This document shows, in pieces, positions 39,001 to 47,400 of a DNA stretch of 64,000 bases (the first letter of the stretch is position 1; each line of letters opens with the position of its first letter). Under the pieces are notes generated by a model that saw nothing but the letters and a program-made list of their open reading frames with translations, made no database searches and was not told where the DNA came from. Where the stretch lies: contig CM119374.1 of assembly GCA_051294905.1 (NCBI GenBank), forward strand, positions 23,374,001 through 23,438,000, written 5' to 3'. This stretch comes from Botryllus schlosseri (lineage: Eukaryota). Position numbers and translations under genes: made by a program.

Positions 39001-42000
39001 CTTCAGCCAGTTCCAAGCCAGCGCAAACAACGGTAGGTGTCGGAGACAGAAAGTTTCGATAAATATTGTCTTAATGGATTTGGAGTTACAGAAATTTTTT
39101 AACACCATTTGGAGTCGAAGTTGGTGAAGCGCGTACTGGATGGAGTCGGAGTTTGTTAAAACGCTATAACTCCGAATAATTTAAAATTGAACCATACGTT
39201 TTCAAATGTTGCTAAAAATTGAGTTTGTCACGATAAGCGGACTTTCGCAAACACAATTTCTTTCTGCAGGCACATTTTTTTTTGTGAATTGGTTGTTTCA
39301 CTCGTGTTGTTTGTTGCAACATTCCAATTCTGTACCACAAGGAAGATATTGGTAATAAGTCTAACTAAAAGTGTAGGAAGTGTTGGAATTTTCCGAGTAT
39401 ATTTACTGGTGTGTTGGAGTCAAAGTCCTGTGAAGAATATGTTAGAAGGCGGAGTCGGTAAAGTGAAAATGTCTGGAGTCGGTGATTCAAGCAATTTCTT
39501 CTAAATGAATACTAGCCAGCCCTCAGCATTACCGGACAGCGACCCAACATCGACCTCGCCTTCCGCCACATGCCACCTCATTTTGTCGCTTATGTCTTAT
39601 ATTCTCTGCATTACTTTTCATTCAGTGTGTATCTCTCTTCTTTACGTCTCCTAGGCCAAGGTGGGTGTCCGATCTTAAAGACTACTCCAAGCTGTTCCGA
39701 CACCTTCCTATCTTTTCATTGCATCGCAGTTTTGTGGTGTTTTGAAACGACGAAAATATTAATAAAACTGATTGATCGACTCCACAACTTTGGCTAGAAA
39801 TTCGTCAGTAGTCTGCTAGAGTGATGTACCATTTATATTTTTAGGATATATAAACTTCCATAGTCCCTTATTGTGAGATTTGTCATTATTTTTGAGTCTT
39901 CGCCAACCCTTTATTCTGCTTTAGCCGGAAAACTGCAGATCACCACATCCGTCACCGCGGCCAACCTGTCTTCGATCACAGGATTCTACAAGGAATTCGA
40001 CGCGCAGGGACAGCTGAGCTTTAGCTCGAAGTCGGTGTCCAGCAGCAGCTCGTGCGCCATTCAGATTTCAAACTCATGCTACCAATCCGCCCAGGTAAAT
40101 CCGAATGTGTTATGGTTGTGGGTATGGTTAAAGTAATTGGAACTGGTAGGACCGCAACAGGATTTTATCAGGCATCCGCTAAACGCCGGTTCTGGCCCCC
40201 AGAGGGTGTTCAACCTAATTTCTGGGGGCTTTGCCGCGCATACACACAATCTGCGCACACGCCATTTTGTAGTAAGGAAGTAGTGGTCTAAAATCATAAT
40301 CACTCAAGTAGGCAAAATCTACTTTGGTGCTACGAAATAGTAGAATTATTTGATGCTGACCAGTAGGGTTGTTCAAAAATAATTCATTTACTGATGTAAT
40401 TTTTGGGTTCACTGGAAGATGTGAACGCACAAAAGTTTGAAAATTCCGAATTTATTGAAAAATAACTTCAAAATTTACTATCAACATCATGAAATTGTCA
40501 AGTTGTCTAAAAAAACGATGCTTAAAATTTTTTCCCTGCTTCCATCTGGTAGAAGCGAAGTTATTGCAGTTGAAAATTTTGGATTCGCAAAAATAGGCTG
40601 GACGGTGGGTAGCCTAATCCCGGAATTATTAATGAAAAACTCAAACAACTTCGCTTCCACGGGTTGGAATTGCGTCAAATTTGTTTTGCGTCGTTTTTGT
40701 AGACAACTCAACGATTTTATGGGGTTGGCAGTAAAATTTGAAAAAAAAATTAATGATAAATTCAAAATTTCAAACTCCTGTGCGTTCACATTGAACAACC
40801 CTACTGACCACCTCCGGTAAACAGTAAGTTGTTTTTCTGAAAAATTGTCGAGCAGAATACAGTCGCTTGAATAAGTAGCAAAATATGCTTGAGTGCTCTT
40901 TAAAAAAGTGAGAGTACCCTGTTTGCATTTAGGCCGCGTCGGGCAGTGATGAAGCGGACGTTAAAGCGATCGTGTTTGGCGTGCTTGGTGCGTGCATTGC
41001 GTTGGCTATCGCGATTGTGGCAGCTACCTATCTGGTAAAGAGGCACAATGGTAAGTCTGTGTATTCTCTAATTATCTCGCCTTCCGTCACATGCCACCTT
41101 ATTTTATCGCATGGTATTTTATATTACTTTATTACTCTTCATCCAGTGTACATGCCTCCTTTACATCGCCTAGGCCCGGGTAGGTGTCTGATTTCGAAGA
41201 CTACTCCAAGTCGGTTCGACCCCCTGCCTATCTTTTCGTTGTATCGCAATCTTGTGGTGTATTGATCTGGTAAATTTGTTACCGGGTCGTGTCATGGCCC
41301 TTTCGAATCTGATGGAAGGTATACTACGTTGTTCTTTATAAGATCTGTGCCGTCTTGACCTTTTTTAGTCGTCAGGCAGCTCTTCAACTGGTGCATATCT
41401 CAATGAGGCGCCATCGGCAAACGAAGTGACCTTTTTCTTTCTTTTTTCGCCGTTAACTTCACAAATTTTTACCCAGAATTTTGTGCAAGTGCAATAATAA
41501 CATACATCATAAAAGCATATAACAGTGGTTCCCAACCTCAACCTTTCGACTCATCGCCCCCTTTTCAAGCTCCGCCCCGACCATCGACCCCCAGATTTTG
41601 TGAACCGAAAAATCGGTATACGATCTGTAGTCATCGGTTGACTAAAAAAAAAGGTCAACTTTTTGGATCGTTGTCGAATTTTACACTTTTGCAACCAAAT
41701 TTCGGTGGGTTGTCCAAAAAAAAAAGGTCATTTCTCCGAATTGACTCCAATATACCCGTTTCAACGCGTCATCGCCCCCTTCGTCATTTTGCCCCCCTAG
41801 GCCGCCAAATCGCCCACGTTGGGAACCACTGGCATATAACATACATTCATTTGTTGGTATGGAAATTTTGAAGGCACGTAATAACATTTGAAAGGATTTT
41901 AAACACGTTAAAATACGAGCAAAATATGTCCGCTTGTTTTTCAGCGTCGAAAGTTAGCGCGATGCGATGCATGGGCGGCTCACCGGACAGTACGCGTGCG

Positions 42001-42146
42001 TTGCACCGTGCTGATAACGAGCTGTAAGTCGGTTGCATCTTTGGTTTGAGTTCTCTTTGTTACAAAATATATTTTACAGATCCTGGTCGCGAACCAGCAC
42101 TCCCGAGCACGACGAATATCGCATGACTCCTGTGGCTGCGAACTGA
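4..42146 (+). CDS. PKHD1L1: Fibrocystin-L (PKHD1-like 1) homologue, 5'-partial, 64 exons in window, ~3189 aa visible
   Basis: GT-AG exons in continuous phase: 4-193, 402-519, 1210-1321, 1781-1966, 2541-2704, 3171-3270, 3641-3766, 4393-4550, 5195-5340, 5413-5543, 6362-6502, 6562-6663, 7239-7457, 8402-8653, 9238-9384, 10439-10598, 11297-11405, 11462-11596, 12402-12542, 12605-12796, 13148-13268, 13521-13631, 14444-14571, 14660-14814, 14875-14972, 15379-15537, 16279-16510, 16573-16834, 17382-17523, 17689-17840, 18354-18555, 18855-19008, 19399-19641, 20291-20414, 20478-20633, 20916-21015, 21662-21848, 22877-23052, 23811-23876, 23932-24153, 25361-25461, 25526-25661, 26519-26685, 26921-27090, 27298-27446, 27826-27988, 28050-28161, 29129-29246, 29689-29865, 30524-30701, 31538-31668, 31892-32138, 32556-32625, 32830-32938, 33248-33387, 33614-33730, 33831-34070, 34414-34638, 38055-38083 (inferred), 38893-39032, 39925-40094, 40933-41050, 41945-42023, 42080-42146 (TGA). 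Lengths sum to 9572 nt = 2 + 3190 codons. Peptides recalled as characteristic of PKHD1L1: GQTILLDTETNVLKMLLIQGG, LRSTELPIYGAKTL, GQAFRLGRYPIHWHL, AYWVTNPNNTIQHNHAAGGTHFGFWY, NPSDCVDMQCDG, IESLDADTETRRLSPIA, GPQDHGWCSGYTCQKR. IPT/TIG repeats in exons 1-17; TM helix AIVFGVLGACIALAIAIVAATYLV at 40966-41037. Confidence 0.93.
3348..3625. repeat. Diverged ~80-88-bp tandem repeat, about 3 units
   Basis: Units begin CTAT(T/G)TGC(A/G)A and share TT(T/C)GAA...TATAT...CCAAGATTT. Confidence 0.6.
5787..6068. mobile_element. Foldback/MITE-like palindrome with ~128-bp imperfect arms
   Basis: 5787-5914 (AAGGAAATATGTCG...GATCATGTC) is near reverse-complementary to 5941-6068 (GACATGATC...CGACATATTTCCTT), with a 26-nt spacer. 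Confidence 0.85.
7812..8347. mobile_element. GACTCGAGTC-rich MITE family (copies also at ~2055-2374, ~19691-19850, ~23097-23610, ~28272-28504)
   Basis: Ends CAGGGTTGTA / TACAACTG with dense subterminal GACTCGAGTC and GACTTGAC motifs; 19691 begins with the same CAGGGTTGTA.CCAAGTCACAAGG...GAGTCACAAGT.AATCTCACT; hAT-like termini, no clear TSD. Confidence 0.7.
9408..10340. mobile_element. Non-autonomous piggyBac-type DNA transposon (933 bp)
   Basis: TTAA at 9404-9407 and 10341-10344 flank terminal inverted repeats CCCTTACGAGGTGGG / CCCACCTCGTAAGGG; no transposase ORF. Confidence 0.9.
11920..11975 (+). mobile_element. Degenerate Penelope-like pseudo-LTR remnant (others at ~17090-17145 minus and ~46190-46235 plus)
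   Basis: CTCTACTAGTTGCTGACG...CCGAAAATATTC matches the pseudo-LTR; the hammerhead core is mutated (CCGACGA here, CTAACGA at 17.1 kb). Confidence 0.65.
21277..21510. repeat. Short tandem array (TTTTCAAATTTTGAGA.AATCAAGTTTT units)
   Basis: Four to five imperfect copies in the intron between exons 36 and 37. Confidence 0.6.
22141..22640. mobile_element. Penelope-like insertion: inverted pseudo-LTR (22141-22330, -) joined to truncated ORF end plus pseudo-LTR (22331-22640, +)
   Basis: The plus part encodes NYRDDRFRVVGRGRSHFHLFALESTFIKIHQPRLCQQKEFVYHLKIVR*, the same family as 24.3-24.9 kb; the left part is the reverse complement of the pseudo-LTR. Confidence 0.85.
22578..22611 (+). ncRNA. Minimal type I hammerhead ribozyme motif
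   Basis: ACCC-CTGACGA-GCGTCAGCC-GAA-AATATT-C-GGGT; intact core; predicted cleavage after C22607. Confidence 0.7.
24338..25050 (+). mobile_element. 5'-truncated Penelope-like retroelement: GIY-YIG endonuclease plus pseudo-LTR
   Basis: ORF 24338-24853 contains VVYEYRCHCDCGYVGRTSRRLQDRINQH...NSAIGKHLL...LESTFIKIHQPKLCQQKE, the GIY-YIG/CCHH pattern typical of PLEs, followed by a ~190-bp non-coding segment repeated elsewhere in the window. Confidence 0.85.
24955..24988 (+). ncRNA. Minimal type I hammerhead ribozyme motif
   Basis: ACCC-CTGACGA-GTGTCAGCC-GAA-AATATT-C-GGGT: intact core CUGANGA/GAA/UH, helix I ACCC/GGGT, 1-bp helix II, palindromic helix III AATATT; predicted cleavage after C24984. 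Confidence 0.7.
25812..26197. mobile_element. hAT-type MITE (386 bp)
   Basis: Termini CAGGGCGATTT / AAATCGCCCTA; flanking 8-mers GTGATAAT and GTGATAAA (7/8 TSD match). A lone matching terminus occurs at ~8753-8763. Confidence 0.8.
28553..28855. mobile_element. Inverted pair of Penelope-like pseudo-LTRs without ORF
   Basis: 28553-28705 is the reverse complement and 28709-28855 the forward copy of the 24.85-25.01 kb pseudo-LTR. Confidence 0.85.
28583..28616 (-). ncRNA. Minimal type I hammerhead ribozyme motif (UUA cleavage triplet)
   Basis: Reverse complement reads ACCC-CTGACGA-GTGTCAGCC-GAA-AATATT-A-GGGT; H17=A is permitted. Confidence 0.6.
30941..31400 (-). mobile_element. 3' end of a CR1/L2-group LINE
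   Basis: Minus frame 31342-31202 reads HTCRLSKNSISFIGVNVWNKLPPNLRNLDSCAFKKQCFHSLISNYG*, a typical ORF2 C-terminus (S-[FI]-x-x-x-G-x-x-x-WNxLP); ~250-nt 3'UTR ending in (TC)n at 30941-30952. Confidence 0.75.
35297..35540 (+). mobile_element. tRNA-derived SINE
   Basis: tRNA-like head with B-box-like GGGTTAGATTCCCGGCCGG followed by CAGACCAAAGACTCGAAAACTGGTA...GCTAGGCGCTCAGCA, resembling the body of SINEs common in marine invertebrates (recalled, not searched). Confidence 0.65.
36141..36783. repeat. Tandem duplication, period 344 bp, two highly similar copies
   Basis: AGCTGCTGGTATTT...CAAAAGCAATCAAACAGTC at 36141 and 36485, with similarity continuing ~300 bp to GATGATCTTT.CTATAG. Confidence 0.95.
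38055..38083 (+). CDS. Inferred 29-nt micro-exon of the PKHD1L1 homologue (TTRCQQSYLQ)
   Basis: The exon ending at 34638 is phase 0, while exon 38893-39032 is open only from phase 2. CACAG|ACAACG...CTGCA|GTGAGT is phase 0 to 2, stop-free and restores the frame. Its polypyrimidine tract is weak. Confidence 0.55.
38208..38435. repeat. Tandem array of ~35-45-bp AACTAGAACTAAACTACTCACTTTTCAAAATA units; related AGTAGAAGTA/TACTTC-rich segments at ~34200-34400, ~58918-59110, ~59600-59710
   Basis: At least five imperfect units are visible; likely subterminal repeats of a MITE family. Confidence 0.7.
39561..39750 (+). repeat. ~190-bp dispersed repeat of unknown class (copies also at 41082-41265 +, 30010-30180 -, 30345-30445 +, 29941-29965 + head only, ~51700-51790 -)
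   Basis: Shared CACATGCCACC...CCTAGGCC.GGTGGGTGTCTGATTTCGAAGACTACTCCAAG...CCTATCTTTTCATTG...TTGTGGTGT. Confidence 0.85.
41523..41831. mobile_element. hAT-type MITE (309 bp)
   Basis: Perfect 14-bp TIR CAGTGGTTCCCAAC / GTTGGGAACCACTG; perfect 8-bp TSD GCATATAA at 41515-41522 and 41832-41839. Related single termini at ~22003, ~27224-27240 and ~62927. Confidence 0.92.
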
Positions 42147-44427
42147 GTTGCGGATATGGATATGGCACAAGATTTTATTTTATTTTCAGTAGTAGTAGAT
42201 TGTGTGAAACTTTTTGATTTAGATAGGCTTTGCTGGCCCCTGTCATTTATTGTATCTTTTAATCTCGATCACTTTGATATATACTTTATACATGGTGCAC
42301 TTTAGTAACATATCTTCTATGTCAATACCATACTCATGACATGAGGTTTGCAATTATGACAGTCACCGACAGCTTTTTATCTCTATCACTGCGATATACT
42401 TTATAACACTGTGCACTTAACATCTATTCATCATCATGCATATCGATACTTCACCGTGAGGTTTGACGATCTGTTTGTTATCCTGCCAGCTCTGCCTGTG
42501 ATTTTTTTCTTTCGTAGATGTGCTATAAGGTAGCTTCGTGGATTGATATCCATTGCGTAGGAATAAACGTGTGATCTCGTACAAGTGCGTGATTGAATCA
42601 GTTATGTACGGTTTTGCGGAGATAGCTGTGTACCAGTTGACCAGCATGCCACGACTGTGTATGCACTGTTCCGGGAGTGCATTTGCAACGACTCCGATAC
42701 ACTAGCACGTAGCAGAGAGACTGTTCTGGGTATTAGGGCACGGCAGTTCCAACATATAGGGTGGGTGGAGTCATAAGTATACACCTGTTTGTCTTTCACT
42801 TCTGGCGGTATGGAAGACCGAAGATGTAATCTCTCATGTAAGAGGATCGAATCCGTGGGAAAGATCCAGAAATAGCTGAGTAGTCATCACCGAGCAAGCT
42901 GTCTAATCAGACAACATTCATGTAACCAAGTGTTGTCACAAAATCCTCCAACCTCCACCATATTTAACCTGCATAACTAGACACTCAAATCACACGCAGC
43001 CGTGTAACAAACAACTTCGCAAAATCGTTTAATGAAGATATGCACATGTCCTGGAAATAAAACAAGTCTAAAATATTGACATAGTACGCAGCATAGAGAT
43101 AGAGGCGACACATTCGAGCTAAAAACTGGCAAGAACATTATATAAAATAAATGTAATTTGGCGCACAAGTACATCGCACACTTATGAACTGGAATTACCC
43201 TAAGGTACACATAAAATACCGATCTCTAACAAATACAAGCTAAGAATTACATGGAAGAATTGTGGTAAATCAATGCTACGGTGGGATCAGTTAGAAATAT
43301 ACTACTTATGCTACTGGATATGCAAAGTTTGACAAAATTTTTGAGGCATAATATTGACTCAACAGACTAGGACTTCTATGTTAGGAGGGAGGATCAAATT
43401 AGGAATAATTTTCACAACGTTGGTAAAAATCGGAATCAAGCCAGTACAGACACGTTTCAATAAACTGGATACTAAATTCAGACATCAAAATTATGTTCCA
43501 TATTAATCGTTGTCCAGCGACACACAAAGATTAGTACGATCAGTAGCATTGCGATATCATCGGGGATGCAAAATAAATTCCCATCCTCATGATCATGATA
43601 GCGACTTGTGTGTGTAAGTGCTTAAAATAAGCTAGTGGCGTCAAATTAATATCAGGAAACTCTATTGTAAATAACGTCTGGCTAGTTGAAAGCGAATGTG
43701 CGGTGCGGGTAATAGAACATGATTGAGAAGAACGAAATAAACGAATGAACGGTGAAGAAAGGTGCTATGTGAAGGTCTCAGGGTGTCATATCTTGTTATT
43801 GTCAAGTATCGATAACGTTCACGATATTGCGTCATTACTTACGAATAAGACACAATGTCTGATACCGAATTCATTCACTGCGGATGTCGTAGCTTCACGT
43901 CTCATGCAAGCGAGCACATTTCGAGTCAAGAACACAGCAAAAACCAACCGGTGTCCTACACTAAATGAATTACAGTATTTTGTATTTTCAAAAACGGATT
44001 GCACAGGACTAGGGTGTCTATTTCGAAAACTTTCCAGACCAAACCACCCAGCGTCGAAAAGAATATCATGCCTAAACATGCCACAGAAACCGACTGTCGG
44101 CCAACCAAATTCGCATTATACACCGTTCGACATCCTTCTCACAGAATGCGGCCTGCATAATGTGCCGGTATTTACGAACAATCGATACGCAACGCAGATA
44201 GCTCGAGTTTTAAGACACCCTTTCATCGGAGCTCGATGAAAATTGCGTGCATCATCCATACTAGCAGACATCGAAAGACTTACAAAACAGTATTTTGTCT
44301 TTTGTACCCTATAAATATTTACTATAATTATTCTAGTGGAGTGGATAATACGATCTTATACACGTCAAATTATGACATTGCAGTAACTACACCGCTACGA
44401 TTAACCAGATGTGCTCAACAAGCGCCC

Positions 44428-47400
44428 CTAATCCAACTTCTCTTTAATCAATCTCGGCACGACCTTCGACATCTGACCCGAGGTCAAATAAGTGTCCATG
44501 ACCACGGTGGGCACCACCGGCGCCAGCGAAGTCACCATACGGTCTTGAAAGGACCCCACAAAATACCTGACTTTGGGCGAGCCATTGGTGACGGCCTCCA
44601 CTAACGCGTGTAAGACCCGATTAGTGTTACTTAACAACGGGGTGGACCTGGCTTTCAAGGTCCCTGTCGGGGTGCCGGTAGGACTGATTTCTTTTGTGGT
44701 ATTCGATCGGGCACGCGATAGCGCCGGTTTCGGACTGGCGGCAGGCCCTTTCACAGATGTAGCCCGTTTTTTCAACGATCCAGACGGGCTTGGGGTCGAC
44801 TTGGTTGGGGCTGGGGGTTCCAGCGTTTTGTGCGCTGGCGTCGAAGTTGGGGTCGTGTTCGGGGAGGGGTCCTTGTCGACCGAGTCCGAGACGGAGTTGA
44901 TGAATTCCACGAAATAGTCATCGCCGTAAATGTCGCGCAAATGCTTCGGGACCGTGTTCAGGCTGATGTTGATGTTTGACTCGCATAGTACGGACTGGCC
45001 GACTAAAAAATAATACATCAATGTTTATTTTATTTTTCATTATTTATTATACTTCAATTTTTTTCTCGCGGCTTCAGGACTCGGACAGACAGGCGATCAC
45101 AGCAATATGCAGTTTGTCTCTAGTCGACGGAAAGTTGACAATGCTTAAATATATTTCACCTACATATGGCAATAAAGCTAAACAAAAGAAAGATAACAAG
45201 TTTACGTAAGGATGCAGAACTGGGGCCCTTGACCAGTAGCCTACTTACGAGTGTTACAATGATAAAAGAGTAGCCTATAATACAACGCGCAGCAAACATG
45301 ACAATACATTGATTAGTTATTACAAAGTCATTTAAATGTGATAGTTGAGCTTGTTTTTGCTCTGACAATGTCTAAATTGCTGGTTTGGTGGTGGATAGAA
45401 GAAACAAAACTCGATACTAAGAAGCATGAGCACTGCTGTACAAGTGTACAAGTATTTATATTAGATTTCAAATTATTCCATGTATTATAGTGGAGTAGCC
45501 TTAGAGATGATAATTTTTCATGCCCCACCCCGGGTAAGGAACGGCTAGTGTAAAAAGTATAAAGGAGGTAACGCATCGGCTATAATACAAATTAAATATT
45601 TTCCTCAACATACCTGGAAAGAATGACGGCTCCACCAAAATAACAAACACTCCCCATTTCAACATCTCCTGCCGTAGAGAATCGCTGAACGCTTCGATCG
45701 CAAATTTCGTCATCGAATATGCGGACTGTCCGGCACGCGCAAGGCACCCTTAATTTTAAAAACGGAAAAAATACACTCCCATACTGATATCAATGTATTC
45801 CCACACTGTGTGCATATGCTGTACTACTCGTGGCATAGGTCAGGAAAAATACGGTGGCAGACATTGTTAAAAATACACCAACCACAGCATTTCGTTTAAC
45901 TTCTAATTTGGAGTAAGGCATCAAATCAATTCAATGACTCTGCAATGCAAGCATTGATCGGGGACCTCAAAACATTTGCCGATACACAGTGAGCATTCAT
46001 ATCAACTAAGTGACAAGTCAGTGCCTGAAAAGACCAAACAGGGCTGTTTTTGATGAGACTCTCGGAGGTATAGAATCTCAGTCTGCAATTGAATGATACA
46101 TTTGTATTGGCATAAACTCCAATATTTTTGGCTGACACATTTGTAAAAGGTAAAAAGTCAGCAACTGGTGAAGAATACAAAGATCTTTTGAATTCTCTAC
46201 TAGTTGCTGAAGATTACCTCTCACGAATGTCATATTCAGGTATAATTCAAGAAATATTATTCAAGTGATGCCTATGCAATGTAGGCTTCATAGAGTGGAT
46301 GACACAGACCAAATATGAACGGCTGTTAGGAAGCAAACAGCCGAGACAAAGCCATAGTCTACCTTTGAACGAGAAAAACGAGAAAACGTCGAAACGACAG
46401 ACATCTCACCGCAATGTACACAAATTAGCTCATCTGTATCAATATTTACCGGGGAAACGAGGTACCAGATAATTATGGAAAAGCTGGCGAAAACAAACAT
46501 AAAAGGCACGATAAAACATGATACGGTGGGAGTAGCCAGATGTCTTCTCCACAATATTTAACGCAAGACTAGCAGAGGTATGGAACTCTTGCGCCCTAGT
46601 AGTCATGTGTTCATAGAGCAGTGCTTTTCGAGAAAGTGTTTTCATTTTTATGGCCGTGAGAATTGAACGAAGCCACCATAGGAAAAATAGGCTCTGATTT
46701 AGGATGGTGGGATATAGCTGAAAAATGCATCTATTTTACCGTTGCAGGGGCATTATTGATTTCGTGATGCTGCCTTATCCTGCAAATTTGATAGCACTAA
46801 ACAGAAAAGGTGATCTTGAACTACTTGTTAATACAACTCAATTACTTTTGTGATTGTGCAAATGTGCATTCCATCACTTGCAGTAGTTTCAATCAACCAC
46901 GGACTACAAAATATAATTCAGAATATGCCTTCTACTTGCATGACATCAGTGACTACCATACCAGACCATATTGATTCCCTTGATCCAAATCAGATTGCTC
47001 CCAGTCAAGAGACCTAACGCTCCTTGAATACATATGCGAGTCAAGTACATTTCAGCACAAGGTAGGACATGCCCAATTATATTTTACTACACAAGTAGAC
47101 CAATAAGGCTAATCTTCAAATCAAATATAGGAGTTTCCAGGTCACTACACTGGCAAAACTTGATATACTATACAAACTGGCAAGTGACGTATCTGGTGTA
47201 TCACAAAAATTCCACAAGGTGTCAAATTTCACAATCTATCTTAAGATTCCTAAGCTGCTTATCAACATTAATCCCAGCTTTAATCTGAAATTGAAAAAAA
47301 AATCGATCCCTTACCTGCAATGCTGCTGAGATTAACAATTCTACCACGGGCTTTCCTTATCAAATGAAGCAAAGCTTTGGTAATCCGTATTGTTCCCAGT

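Noticed and set aside
41369-41424. Alternative tail exon (acceptors 41368/41375)
   Set aside because: Phase-incompatible with downstream exons or stops quickly; 41945-42023 plus 42080-42146 fit cleanly. It cannot be excluded as a minor terminal exon.
43745-44239. 164-aa plus-strand ORF between the convergent 3' ends
   Set aside because: No recognisable motifs or splice context; probably lies in or near the SDR 3'UTR.
44573-44917. 114-aa plus-strand ORF
   Set aside because: Antisense shadow of the GC-rich SDR last exon.
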